Assembly: GCF_003675855.1 (NCBI RefSeq)
Contig: NZ_RCIH01000002.1
Location: 233,654-257,653 of the forward strand
Length of the DNA: 24,000 bases
From: Halostella salina
GTDB taxonomy: Archaea > Halobacteriota > Halobacteria > Halobacteriales > Natronoarchaeaceae
Direction of reading: 5' to 3'
Of the stretch, positions 14,737 to 22,120 are shown in pieces (positions within the stretch are counted from its first letter, which is position 1; each line of letters starts with the position of its first letter). The position numbers were made by a program, and so were the translations under genes. The notes beneath the pieces are model-generated. The model searched no databases and was not told the origin of the DNA. It saw nothing but the letters and a program-made list of their open reading frames with translations.

Positions 14737-14866
14737 GATCCCGCATCCGGTGGTCGGATCGATCCGGTTCGGAGACTCTCTCTCGCTGGACGATCGCCGA
14801 GTCGACCGCCGTGGTACCGCGACCCTCGGAACTGTTATACGTAAACCCGGCGTACAATTGATTGCA

Positions 14867-15061
14867 ATGGCAAACGGAACTGTTGATTTCTTCAACAACA
14901 CTGGCGGCTACGGTTTCATTTCCACCGAGGACGCGGACGACGACGTTTTCTTCCACATGGAGGACGTTGGCGGTGCGGACCTCGAAGAAGGACAGGACAT
15001 CGAGTTCGACATCGAGCAGGCCCCCAAGGGTCCGCGCGCGACGAACGTCGTTCGCAACTGA
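14867..15061 (+). CDS. csp: cold-shock domain protein
   Basis: 64 aa. 'GTVDFFNNTGGYGFI' contains the RNP-1-like motif and 'VFFHMEDV' the RNP-2-like motif. ATG start. TATA-like 'gttatac' lies about 33 nt upstream. Confidence 0.93.
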   Translation: MANGTVDFFNNTGGYGFISTEDADDDVFFHMEDVGGADLEEGQDIEFDIEQAPKGPRATNVVRN

Positions 15062-15089
15062 GTCTCTCTCGACACCACTAACTCGCGAT

Positions 15090-15094
15090 TTTTC
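15090..15094 (+). terminator. oligo-T tract downstream of csp
   Basis: A T5 run 29 nt after the csp stop, followed by hairpin cgaccg-acag-cggtcg (15104-15119). Archaeal termination commonly uses oligo-T. Confidence 0.4.
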
Positions 15095-15173
15095 GGGTGC
15101 TACGACCGACAGCGGTCGCGTCGCGCTGCCGACATCCCAACGAACTATTTTCTTCGACCCGTAGCACGCCGCC

Positions 15174-15578
15174 ATGGATCGGCTGACGACGGTCGACACC
15201 GTACACGAGGAGGGGTCGTGGCTCTTTACGATCCGCGACGAGTACGACGAACTCGACGAGGTCCTGTTGCTCCCCTGCGAGGACGGCGTCGAGGCGTGGA
15301 TCAACCGCTGCACCCACGAGGCACAGCGCTTCGACCGCGGCTTCGGCGCGGCGGTCCGGGACGGACAGCTCGTCTGCCCCAAGCACGGGTCGATGTTCGA
15401 CACCTGCTCGGGCGACTGCGACAACGGCGACGCCGCCGGCACGACGCTGCCCGGCGTCGACGTGACGGTCAACCGCGGCGACGTGTACCTGATCGACGAC
15501 GACGTGGCGTTCCAGCACGAGGGCGGCATCGACGACGGCGACGACGGCCCGAGTTCGACCTCCCACATCGGGCTCTGA
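15174..15578 (+). CDS. Rieske [2Fe-2S] domain protein
   Basis: 'CTHEAQRF' (CxH) and 'CPKHGSMF' (CxxH) ligand boxes. ATG lies about 26 nt downstream of TATA-like 'actattttc' (15144-15152), consistent with a leaderless mRNA. Confidence 0.88.
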   Translation: MDRLTTVDTVHEEGSWLFTIRDEYDELDEVLLLPCEDGVEAWINRCTHEAQRFDRGFGAAVRDGQLVCPKHGSMFDTCSGDCDNGDAAGTTLPGVDVTVNRGDVYLIDDDVAFQHEGGIDDGDDGPSSTSHIGL

Positions 15579-15740
15579 GCGGGTGCGTCGCCACACCGGG
15601 CATCGAAATGTCCCGACCTGCCGACCGATGGATACGTCCGTCCACCGTCACCCGCCGTTCGCCGTCGGGTCGCGGATCTGCCCGACGTCCCGCAGATCCC
15701 GCCGATTAGTTTGTTCACGGAGCCGGGCGTACCGGGAGCC

Positions 15741-17081
15741 ATGCGAGCGTACAAGACGAAGATGGTCGAGCGGATCGAGTTGCCCGACCGCGAGGAGCGC
15801 GAGGCGAACCTTGAGGCCGCCGGGTACAACGTGTTCAATCTGGACGCGGACGACGTGTACGTCGACCTGCTCACCGACAGCGGAACGGGCGCGATGAGCG
15901 ACGAGCAGTGGGCCGCCCTCCTCCGCGGCGACGAGGCCTACGCCGGCAGCGAGAGCTTCCAGGAGCTGGAGGCGGCCGTCCGCGACGTGATGGGGTTCGA
16001 GCACGTCGTCCCGGCCCACCAGGGCCGGGGCGCGGAGAACGTCCTCTACGGCGCGCTGGTCGGCGAGGGCGACGCCGTCCTCAACAACACGCACTTCGAC
16101 ACGACCCGCGCACACGTCGCCAACCAGGGGGCTGAGGCCGTCGACTGCCCCGCCAACGGCGCGCACGACCCCGACGCTGCCGGCGATTTCAAGGGCAACT
16201 TCTCGGTCGAGCGCGCCCGCGAACACGTCGAGCGCGTCGGCGCGGAGAACGTCCCCGTCGTCGTCCTGACGATCACGAACAACTCCGCCGCCGGCCAGCC
16301 CGTCAGCGTCGAGAACACCCGCGAGGCCGCCGCGTTCGCCGACGAGATAGACGCGACGTTCGTGATCGACGCCTGCCGGTTCGCCGAGAACGCCTACTTC
16401 GTCCGCGAGCGCGAACCCGGCTACGGCGACGCCTCCATCGCCGCGATCGCCCGCGAACAGCTCGGCTACGCCGACGCCCTCGTCATGAGCGGCAAGAAGG
16501 AGGGGCTGGTCAACGCCGGCGGCTTCGTCGCCGTCGCCGACGACGACCTGTTCGAGCGCGCCAAGCAGCGCGCCATCCTCTACGAGGGGTTCCCGACGTA
16601 CGGCGGGATGGCCGGCCGCGACCTCGCGGCGATGGCCGTCGGCCTCCGCGAGGCGGTTGACCTCGGCCGCGTGCGTGACCGCGTCGAGCAGGTCCGCGAC
16701 CTGGGTGAACGGCTCCGCGACGCCGGGATCCCGGTGTACTGGCCGGCTGGCGGCCACGCCGTCTACGTCGACGCCGGCGACCTGCTCTCGGGGATCCCGA
16801 CCGAGCGCTTCCCCGGGCAGGCGCTGGTCTGCGAGCTGTACCGCGAGGGCGGCGTCCGCGCCGTCGAACTCGGCGAGTTCGCGTTCCCCGGGGTCGACAG
16901 GCCGGATCTCGTCAGGCTGGCGCTCCCGCGCCGGACGTACGACCGCGACCACGTCGACCACGTCGTCGAGACGCTCGCGGCCGTCCGGGATCGTGCCGAC
17001 GCGGTGACCGGCCTCGAAGTGGTCGACGAACCCGAGATGGCCGAACTCCGGCACTTCTCCGCCCGGCTCCAGCCCGTCTGA
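15741..17081 (+). CDS. tnaA: tryptophanase (beta-eliminating lyase family)
   Basis: N-terminus 'MRAYKTKMVERIEL', 'DLLTDSGTGAMS', and a PLP-lysine context 'VMSGKKEGLVN'. About 446 aa. Tyrosine phenol-lyase cannot be excluded from sequence alone. I prefer ATG at 15741 over the upstream alternative start at 15711. Confidence 0.88.
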   Translation: MRAYKTKMVERIELPDREEREANLEAAGYNVFNLDADDVYVDLLTDSGTGAMSDEQWAALLRGDEAYAGSESFQELEAAVRDVMGFEHVVPAHQGRGAENVLYGALVGEGDAVLNNTHFDTTRAHVANQGAEAVDCPANGAHDPDAAGDFKGNFSVERAREHVERVGAENVPVVVLTITNNSAAGQPVSVENTREAAAFADEIDATFVIDACRFAENAYFVREREPGYGDASIAAIAREQLGYADALVMSGKKEGLVNAGGFVAVADDDLFERAKQRAILYEGFPTYGGMAGRDLAAMAVGLREAVDLGRVRDRVEQVRDLGERLRDAGIPVYWPAGGHAVYVDAGDLLSGIPTERFPGQALVCELYREGGVRAVELGEFAFPGVDRPDLVRLALPRRTYDRDHVDHVVETLAAVRDRADAVTGLEVVDEPEMAELRHFSARLQPV

Positions 17082-17117
17082 TCCGCCCGGTCCGCCGTCG
17101 AACCACCCCCGGCGCGC

Positions 17118-17462
17118 TCACCCGAGGATCCGGTCGGCCATCGACTGCGATTCGGCTTCCTCCTCTCGCCCGAGGCGCTTCCGCGCGCGGTGTCGGAGCC
17201 CGCTCGGCTCCTCTTCCCGGCCGAACTGTCGCCTGACCTCCTTCCGGAGGCGGTCCACGTCGCCGAGCTTCGCCGACCGCCGCTGCTCCGCGCGCTGCAG
17301 GACGACGCCGATCCCCAGAAACAGGGCGGCGTCCGCCAGCTCCGACCGGAACCGTCCCCTGTCGCCGCGGACGGCCAGCGCCTTCAGCAGCGACAGCCCG
17401 CCGACGGCGAAGTACAGTTTCGCGTCCGTCCCCCCGCCCCTGATCGCGTCCGTGATGGACAT
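17118..17462 (-). CDS. small basic membrane protein, hypothetical
   Basis: 114 aa with ATG start and high GC3. Two hydrophobic segments (LYFAVGGLSLLKALAV, AALFLGIGVVL) precede an R/E-rich tail. I count about 24 R+K against 17 D+E, which is unusual in an acidic proteome. Confidence 0.55.
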   Translation of the reverse strand: MSITDAIRGGGTDAKLYFAVGGLSLLKALAVRGDRGRFRSELADAALFLGIGVVLQRAEQRRSAKLGDVDRLRKEVRRQFGREEEPSGLRHRARKRLGREEEAESQSMADRILG

Positions 17463-17560
17463 GGCGTCCGTTCTACCCCGGGGTCAGGGTTAACGTTTTG
17501 CTCATACCGCGTCGCTGACGCTTCAGCTGGCTGATTCCACGCTCTGACGCGTCGCCCCAC

Positions 17561-18220
17561 TCACCGCCCTTTCTCCAGTCGCGCGCCGATCTTGCGCGGC
17601 AGGTCGGCGTCCGCGACGGCGTCCTGTACGGCCCCGATGTCGTACTCGACCCGATGCTCCTCGACTGTCAGCGCGTCGAGGTCGAGCACCGCGTACGCCG
17701 CCCGCGGGTCGCCGTCGCGGGGCTGGCCGACGCTGCCGGGGTTCATGACGATCCCCTCCTCGTACTGCTCGTGACCTTGGACGTGGGTGTGGCCCATGAT
17801 CAGGGCGTCCTCCTCGCCCAGCAGGCGCGGCGAGAACTGGTCGGGGTACGTGTAGCGGTCCGGGTCGTCCGGGTGGCCGTGAACGATCTTCACCTGCCCG
17901 TCGTACTCCACACGCTCGTCGGGGAGCGCCGCGAGCCACCCGACTTGGTCGTCCGACAGCGTCTCCCGGGCGTGCTCGACGCCCGCCCCCGCCATGCTGT
18001 TGAACCGGAACGCGGTGCCCGTCGCCACCGCACGGTCGTGGTTGCCCATCACTGTCGGCACGTCCCGCTCGCGCACCGCCGCGACGCAGTCGGCGTGCCA
18101 GGGGTTGTAGCCGACCACGTCGCCGGCACAGACCAGCCCGTCGACGGGCGGCATGTCGTCGAGCACCGTGTGCAGGGCGACGCGGTTGCCGTGGATGTCG
18201 GAGATGACGCCCAGTCGCAT
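17561..18220 (-). CDS. metallophosphoesterase (YfcE/MJ0936-like)
   Basis: Motifs 'ISDIHGN', 'AGDVVGY', 'GNHD' and 'GHTH' occur in the canonical order. Confidence 0.88.
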   Translation of the reverse strand: MRLGVISDIHGNRVALHTVLDDMPPVDGLVCAGDVVGYNPWHADCVAAVRERDVPTVMGNHDRAVATGTAFRFNSMAGAGVEHARETLSDDQVGWLAALPDERVEYDGQVKIVHGHPDDPDRYTYPDQFSPRLLGEEDALIMGHTHVQGHEQYEEGIVMNPGSVGQPRDGDPRAAYAVLDLDALTVEEHRVEYDIGAVQDAVADADLPRKIGARLEKGR

Positions 18221-18295
18221 ACGGATCCCGACGCGGGCGCGGCCCTTCAGGCTTGTCCGCCGTGCGGCGGCGGTTCTGCGTCCTGCCCGTCGTCG

Positions 18296-18874
18296 CTACC
18301 CGTCGCCGTTGACCATTGCGGTCTCGAACCCGTCGTCGGTCCGCGCCACGCCGGCGGCGCAGACGGCGTGCTCGAAGTCGAGGTCGTACGCTTTCCGGGC
18401 GGCGGCGGGGGCGTCCTCCGCCGCGAAGTCGAACGCTTCCGGACTGTTCTTCTCGTAGGTCGCCACCAGCGTCGGTTCGGTCACGCGCTCGACGAGCAGG
18501 GCGTCCTTCCGGACGACGCCGACGTACGCGCCCTCGCCGTCGAGGACGCCCGCTACGCGGGGCGTGTCGTAATCGTCCTTCTCGTAGTCAAGCGAGAGCA
18601 GCGCCGCGGCCAGCGCGTCGCGAGCGGGGTAGCCCAGTCCGAGTTTCTCGGTGATCGGGTCGACGTGCGAGCCGTTGCCCAGGACCGCCGCGTCGTCGAC
18701 GGTGCGCACGCAGTTGTACGCGATGTAGGGGTTGTCCGTCTCCGGGGCGTCCTCGGTCGGGCCGACCGTCAGCGCGCCCTCGCGGCGGTCGATCCGGCGG
18801 TTCGGGAACGAGCGGGAGGAGACGCGGTACGCGGCCACGTCCGGGCCGACGACGACGAAGCGTCCGAGGTACAT
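18296..18874 (-). CDS. purO: archaeal IMP cyclohydrolase
   Basis: The N-terminus '[10 protein letters not shown]' and overall length (192 aa) match the PurO family as I remember it. ATG lies about 27 nt downstream of TATA-like 'ctatttc' (minus strand, near 18897-18905). Confidence 0.85.
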   Translation of the reverse strand: MYLGRFVVVGPDVAAYRVSSRSFPNRRIDRREGALTVGPTEDAPETDNPYIAYNCVRTVDDAAVLGNGSHVDPITEKLGLGYPARDALAAALLSLDYEKDDYDTPRVAGVLDGEGAYVGVVRKDALLVERVTEPTLVATYEKNSPEAFDFAAEDAPAAARKAYDLDFEHAVCAAGVARTDDGFETAMVNGDG

Positions 18875-18995
18875 ACCTGTGCATCACTCCGGGCGTGAAA
18901 TAGTGGTGTCGATCCGCATTCGTGTGCTATCGTTGTCCTTCCGAGCGACGGCCGCCGTCCCGAGGTTCAAATACCGGGTCGCGGCAACCGATCAC

Positions 18996-19571
18996 GTGAC
19001 GACCGAAGCGGACTGCCTCGCGGCGCTTCGCGAGGCCGCGCGGGAACTCGGCGAGTCGCCGACCAAAGCACAGTACGAGGCGTTGGGGTTGACACCCGCG
19101 TCCGCGACGATCTTGCGCGTCATGGGTAGCTGGAACGACGCCAAGGAAGCCGCCGGCCTCGAAACGTTCGAACAGGGGTCGTTGAACGAGGGCGAGGTGC
19201 AGCCGAAACCGGACGATGTCGATCTGTCCGACGAGGAATGGCGCGAACTGTCCGGCTATCAACGATGGTACCGAAAGAACCGCGAGTCGGAGATCCGGAA
19301 GAAGGACCGCCGACGTGCGGAACTCCGCCGGTGGCTACACGTGTACAAGCGGGACAGCTGTGTCTGCGAGCGCTGCGGCGAGGGAAGTCCGGCCTGTCTC
19401 GATTTCCACCATCCCGGGGAGAAAGATATCGGGGTCTCGACAATGATCGTGTACGGGTACTCGAAGGAAAACATCAGAGACGAGATCGACCGGTGTACCG
19501 TTCTCTGTGCGAACTGCCACCGCAAGGAACACTACTCCGTCCCTGCCGGGGTCGAGTCCACCGTCGAATAG
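18996..19571 (+). CDS. HNH endonuclease with N-terminal homing-endonuclease-associated repeat
   Basis: 'CERCG...LDFHH...LCANCHRKEH' is a zinc-bound HNH motif. The N-terminal 'LAALREAARELGESPTKAQYEALG...SWNDAKEAAGL' resembles the haloarchaeal HNH-associated helical repeat. A GTG at 18996 lies about 26 nt after TATA-like 'tcaaata' (18967-18973). The track ORF start at 18732 overlaps purO and is unlikely. Third codon positions are visibly more A/T-rich than in neighbouring genes. Confidence 0.8.
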   Translation: MTTEADCLAALREAARELGESPTKAQYEALGLTPASATILRVMGSWNDAKEAAGLETFEQGSLNEGEVQPKPDDVDLSDEEWRELSGYQRWYRKNRESEIRKKDRRRAELRRWLHVYKRDSCVCERCGEGSPACLDFHHPGEKDIGVSTMIVYGYSKENIRDEIDRCTVLCANCHRKEHYSVPAGVESTVE

Positions 19572-19651
19572 CGGCGGAAGACATTCGACTTCGCAACACT
19601 CAAATACGGATGCCCGCTATCAATAGCTGCGCACTCGAACGCGACGCTACG

Positions 19652-19724
19652 AGTCCCGTGGGGTAGCGGCCAATCCTGAAGCCTTCTGGGGGCTTCGACA
19701 CAGGTTCGAATCCTGTCGGGACTA
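19652..19724 (+). tRNA. tRNA-Gln (anticodon CUG)
   Basis: Manual cloverleaf, 73 nt. Acceptor agtcccg/cgggact. D arm gggt-agcggccaa-tcct. Anticodon arm aagcc-ttCTGgg-ggctt, with U33 and a purine at 37. Variable loop cgac. T arm acagg-ttcgaat-cctgt. Discriminator a. No encoded CCA. Confidence 0.9.
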
Positions 19725-19760
19725 CTTCTTCGATTCCACGCCGACCAGCCCGGCGGCCGC

Positions 19761-20489
19761 CTACCGCATCTCCTCGCCGCCGTTGACGTTCAGCGTCTCG
19801 CCAGTGACGAAGCCGGCGTCACGGAGATACGCGACGGCGTCGGCGATCTCCTCTGGCCGGCCGAACCGCTCCAGGGGGATGTCGGCCAGCTCCTCGCGCT
19901 TCTCCTCGGGGGTGCGGTCGGCGGTCATGTCGGTCTCGACGTGGCCGGGTGCGACGGCGTTGACCCGGACGTCGGGCGCGAAGTCCGCGGCGTGGCTCCG
20001 GACCAGCGAGAGCAGCGCGCCCTTCGAGGCGGCGTAGTGGGCTTCGATCGGCGCGCCGGTGTGGGCCAGTATCGAGGAGATGGCCGTCACCGAGGGGTCG
20101 TCGTCGGAGTCGCGGAGGTGCGGCAGGGCGGCCTTCGTGACGGCGAACGCGGAGTTGACGTTCACGTCCATCACGCGGTCGAAGTCCGCGGGATCGAGGT
20201 CCTCGGTGTAGACGTGCTGGTCGATCCCGGCGTTGTTGACGACGTGGTCGACGCCGCCGAACGCGTCGGCGGTCCGGTCGACGAGCCGCGCCGCATCCTC
20301 GGGGTCCGACACGTCAGCGCCCACGACGACCGCTTCCTGCCCGCGCTCGGCGACGGCGTCGGCGACGGCCCGGGCTGCGCCCTCGTTCGTGTGGTAGTTC
20401 ACCGCCATATCGTAGCCGTCCGCGGCGAAGCGGAGCGCGATTGCCTTCCCGATCCCCCGCGACGACCCGGTGACGACTGCTGCTGGCAT
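19761..20489 (-). CDS. short-chain dehydrogenase/reductase (FabG-like 3-oxoacyl reductase)
   Basis: 'VVTGSSRGIGKAI' (TGxxxGxG), 'NNAG' and 'YAASK' (YxxxK). I prefer ATG at 20489, giving 'MPAAVVTG', over the extended start at 20588. Confidence 0.88.
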   Translation of the reverse strand: MPAAVVTGSSRGIGKAIALRFAADGYDMAVNYHTNEGAARAVADAVAERGQEAVVVGADVSDPEDAARLVDRTADAFGGVDHVVNNAGIDQHVYTEDLDPADFDRVMDVNVNSAFAVTKAALPHLRDSDDDPSVTAISSILAHTGAPIEAHYAASKGALLSLVRSHAADFAPDVRVNAVAPGHVETDMTADRTPEEKREELADIPLERFGRPEEIADAVAYLRDAGFVTGETLNVNGGEEMR

Positions 20490-20586
20490 GGCCGGTACGT
20501 CGGGCGGGCAGGGCTTGTATCCCCGGGGCGGCGAGCGAACCACCACAAGACTCATTCCACGGGCGTCGAAGGCCGGATCCAGAGCC

Positions 20587-22005
20587 ATGCCACCGACCGT
20601 CGCCGTCGCGCACTATCCGGAGGGTGCCGGCCACGCCACGCGGATGCTCGCCGTCGCCGACGCCATCGCGGACGCCGGAGCGACCGTCCGGATGGCGGGC
20701 GGCGGCGCGGGCACGGAGTTCGTCGCGCTCAACGGCTACGACGAGTTCGAGCCGACGAACGTCGACTTCATCGACACGTATCAGGGCGGGTCGACGTGGC
20801 GGGTGGCGAGCCAGAGCCTTCCCGCGAGCCTCGCCCGGATCGCCGACTACCGGGCGTGGCTGCGCGAAACCGACCCGGACGCGCTGGTCACCGACGACAT
20901 GTTCGCGGCGATGGCGGCGTCGCGCTGTGACGTGCCGCTGTACGTGCTGAAACACGACATGCCCGGGCTGTACCGCGACCGGATCGAGCGGACCGGCGCG
21001 CGGTTCCACACGTCGTTCCAGCTGTCGGCGACGCGGGAGTTCTTCTACCCGGTCGTCTGGCCCGAATCCGGGGTCGATCCGTCGGGGGCGACGCGTATCC
21101 CGCCGGTGGCGCTGGAAGGCGATGCCGAGGACGGCGAGGACCGCGAGAGCGCGGACGTGGTAGTCGTCCCGAGCCACTACTCGGAGCTGGGCCGCATCGC
21201 CACGCAGCTCCGCCGGCAGGGACACGACGTAATAAACGTGGCCGACGACGACTGGGACCCCGTCCCGTCGCTGCTTCCGTACATCCGCGACGCGGACGCC
21301 GTCGTCTGCTCGGGCTACTCCACGATCATGGACGCCGCGGTGGCCGGAACGCCCTGCGTCGTCCACCCGGCGACCGACGAGCAGGACGCCGTCGCGGACT
21401 GGCTGGAGCGGTTCGACGTGGACGGCTTCGCCGTCGCCGAGGAACCGCTCGACGTGTTAGACGCCGTCGCCGACCCGCCGGACGCCCCGTCGTTCGGGAA
21501 CGGCGCGGCGTACATTGCCGAGACGGTCCTGAACGACCTCCGTGACCCGGACCCGTACGCCGCGCCGGAGCCCGACGACCCGGCGGACGCCCCGGACGCG
21601 CCCGACGTGTCGACCGCCTCCCGCCTCGGCACCGTCGCCGCGGTGCCGACGCTCTGTGCCGTCGTCCTGTCGACGGCGGGCGGGGCGGCGTCGCCGCTGC
21701 AAGCGATCGCCGGCCTCGCGGCTGCGGGCCGTCGCGTGTCCGCCGCCGGACGGCGGGCGGGCATCGCTGCCCTCGGGGCCGGGCGGCGCGTCGCGGAAGT
21801 GGCTGCAGGCGGGACGCGTCGTGCCGCAGAAGCGGTCGCTGCCGGAGCGCGTCGCGCCGGCGGAGCGGCTGCAGGCGGGGGGAAAACTGCGACGGGTCGC
21901 GCTGCCGACGCCGCGGGAACGGCGGCCGCCGCGGTCGGCGCGGCCGGCCGCGCACTCGCTCGTCGGTGCCGGGCCCTCGCCCGTCTCGCGCCGTCGCGAC
22001 CGTAG
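20587..22005 (+). CDS. GT-B fold glycosyltransferase (MurG/GT28- or GT1-like) with a hydrophobic segment and an Ala/Gly/Arg-rich basic tail
   Basis: N-terminal 'HYPEGAGHATRMLAVADAI' is a G-H nucleotide-sugar GT-B signature. C-terminal lobe 'VVCSGYSTIMDAAVAGTPCVVHP'. ATG at 20587 is divergent from the SDR gene. The last 120 aa or so are a hydrophobic stretch followed by the AAGRR.. repeats. Confidence 0.65.
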   Translation: MPPTVAVAHYPEGAGHATRMLAVADAIADAGATVRMAGGGAGTEFVALNGYDEFEPTNVDFIDTYQGGSTWRVASQSLPASLARIADYRAWLRETDPDALVTDDMFAAMAASRCDVPLYVLKHDMPGLYRDRIERTGARFHTSFQLSATREFFYPVVWPESGVDPSGATRIPPVALEGDAEDGEDRESADVVVVPSHYSELGRIATQLRRQGHDVINVADDDWDPVPSLLPYIRDADAVVCSGYSTIMDAAVAGTPCVVHPATDEQDAVADWLERFDVDGFAVAEEPLDVLDAVADPPDAPSFGNGAAYIAETVLNDLRDPDPYAAPEPDDPADAPDAPDVSTASRLGTVAAVPTLCAVVLSTAGGAASPLQAIAGLAAAGRRVSAAGRRAGIAALGAGRRVAEVAAGGTRRAAEAVAAGARRAGGAAAGGGKTATGRAADAAGTAAAAVGAAGRALARRCRALARLAPSRP

Positions 22006-22120
22006 CGCCCGGCGTCGTCGTACCGCAGCGATCGCCTGCTGTCGCCGTGACGCGCCGACTGTGTTCCACGATACCTAGTGACGAATTACCACTTTACGGC
22101 TCGGCGACATACCGCCGGCC

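Noticed and set aside
19652-19760. tRNA-Gln as the attachment site of an integrated element.
   Set aside because: No direct repeat of the tRNA 3' half is visible elsewhere in the window, and there is no integrase. The HNH gene lies 5' of the tRNA rather than 3' of it.
21542-22078. Alternative frames over the glycosyltransferase tail, namely 21542-22078(+), 21326-22069(-) and 21315-21764(-), as possible separate genes.
   Set aside because: All are Arg/Pro/Ser-rich with no motifs and worse codon bias than the GT frame. None offers a better explanation than read-through of the GT ORF.
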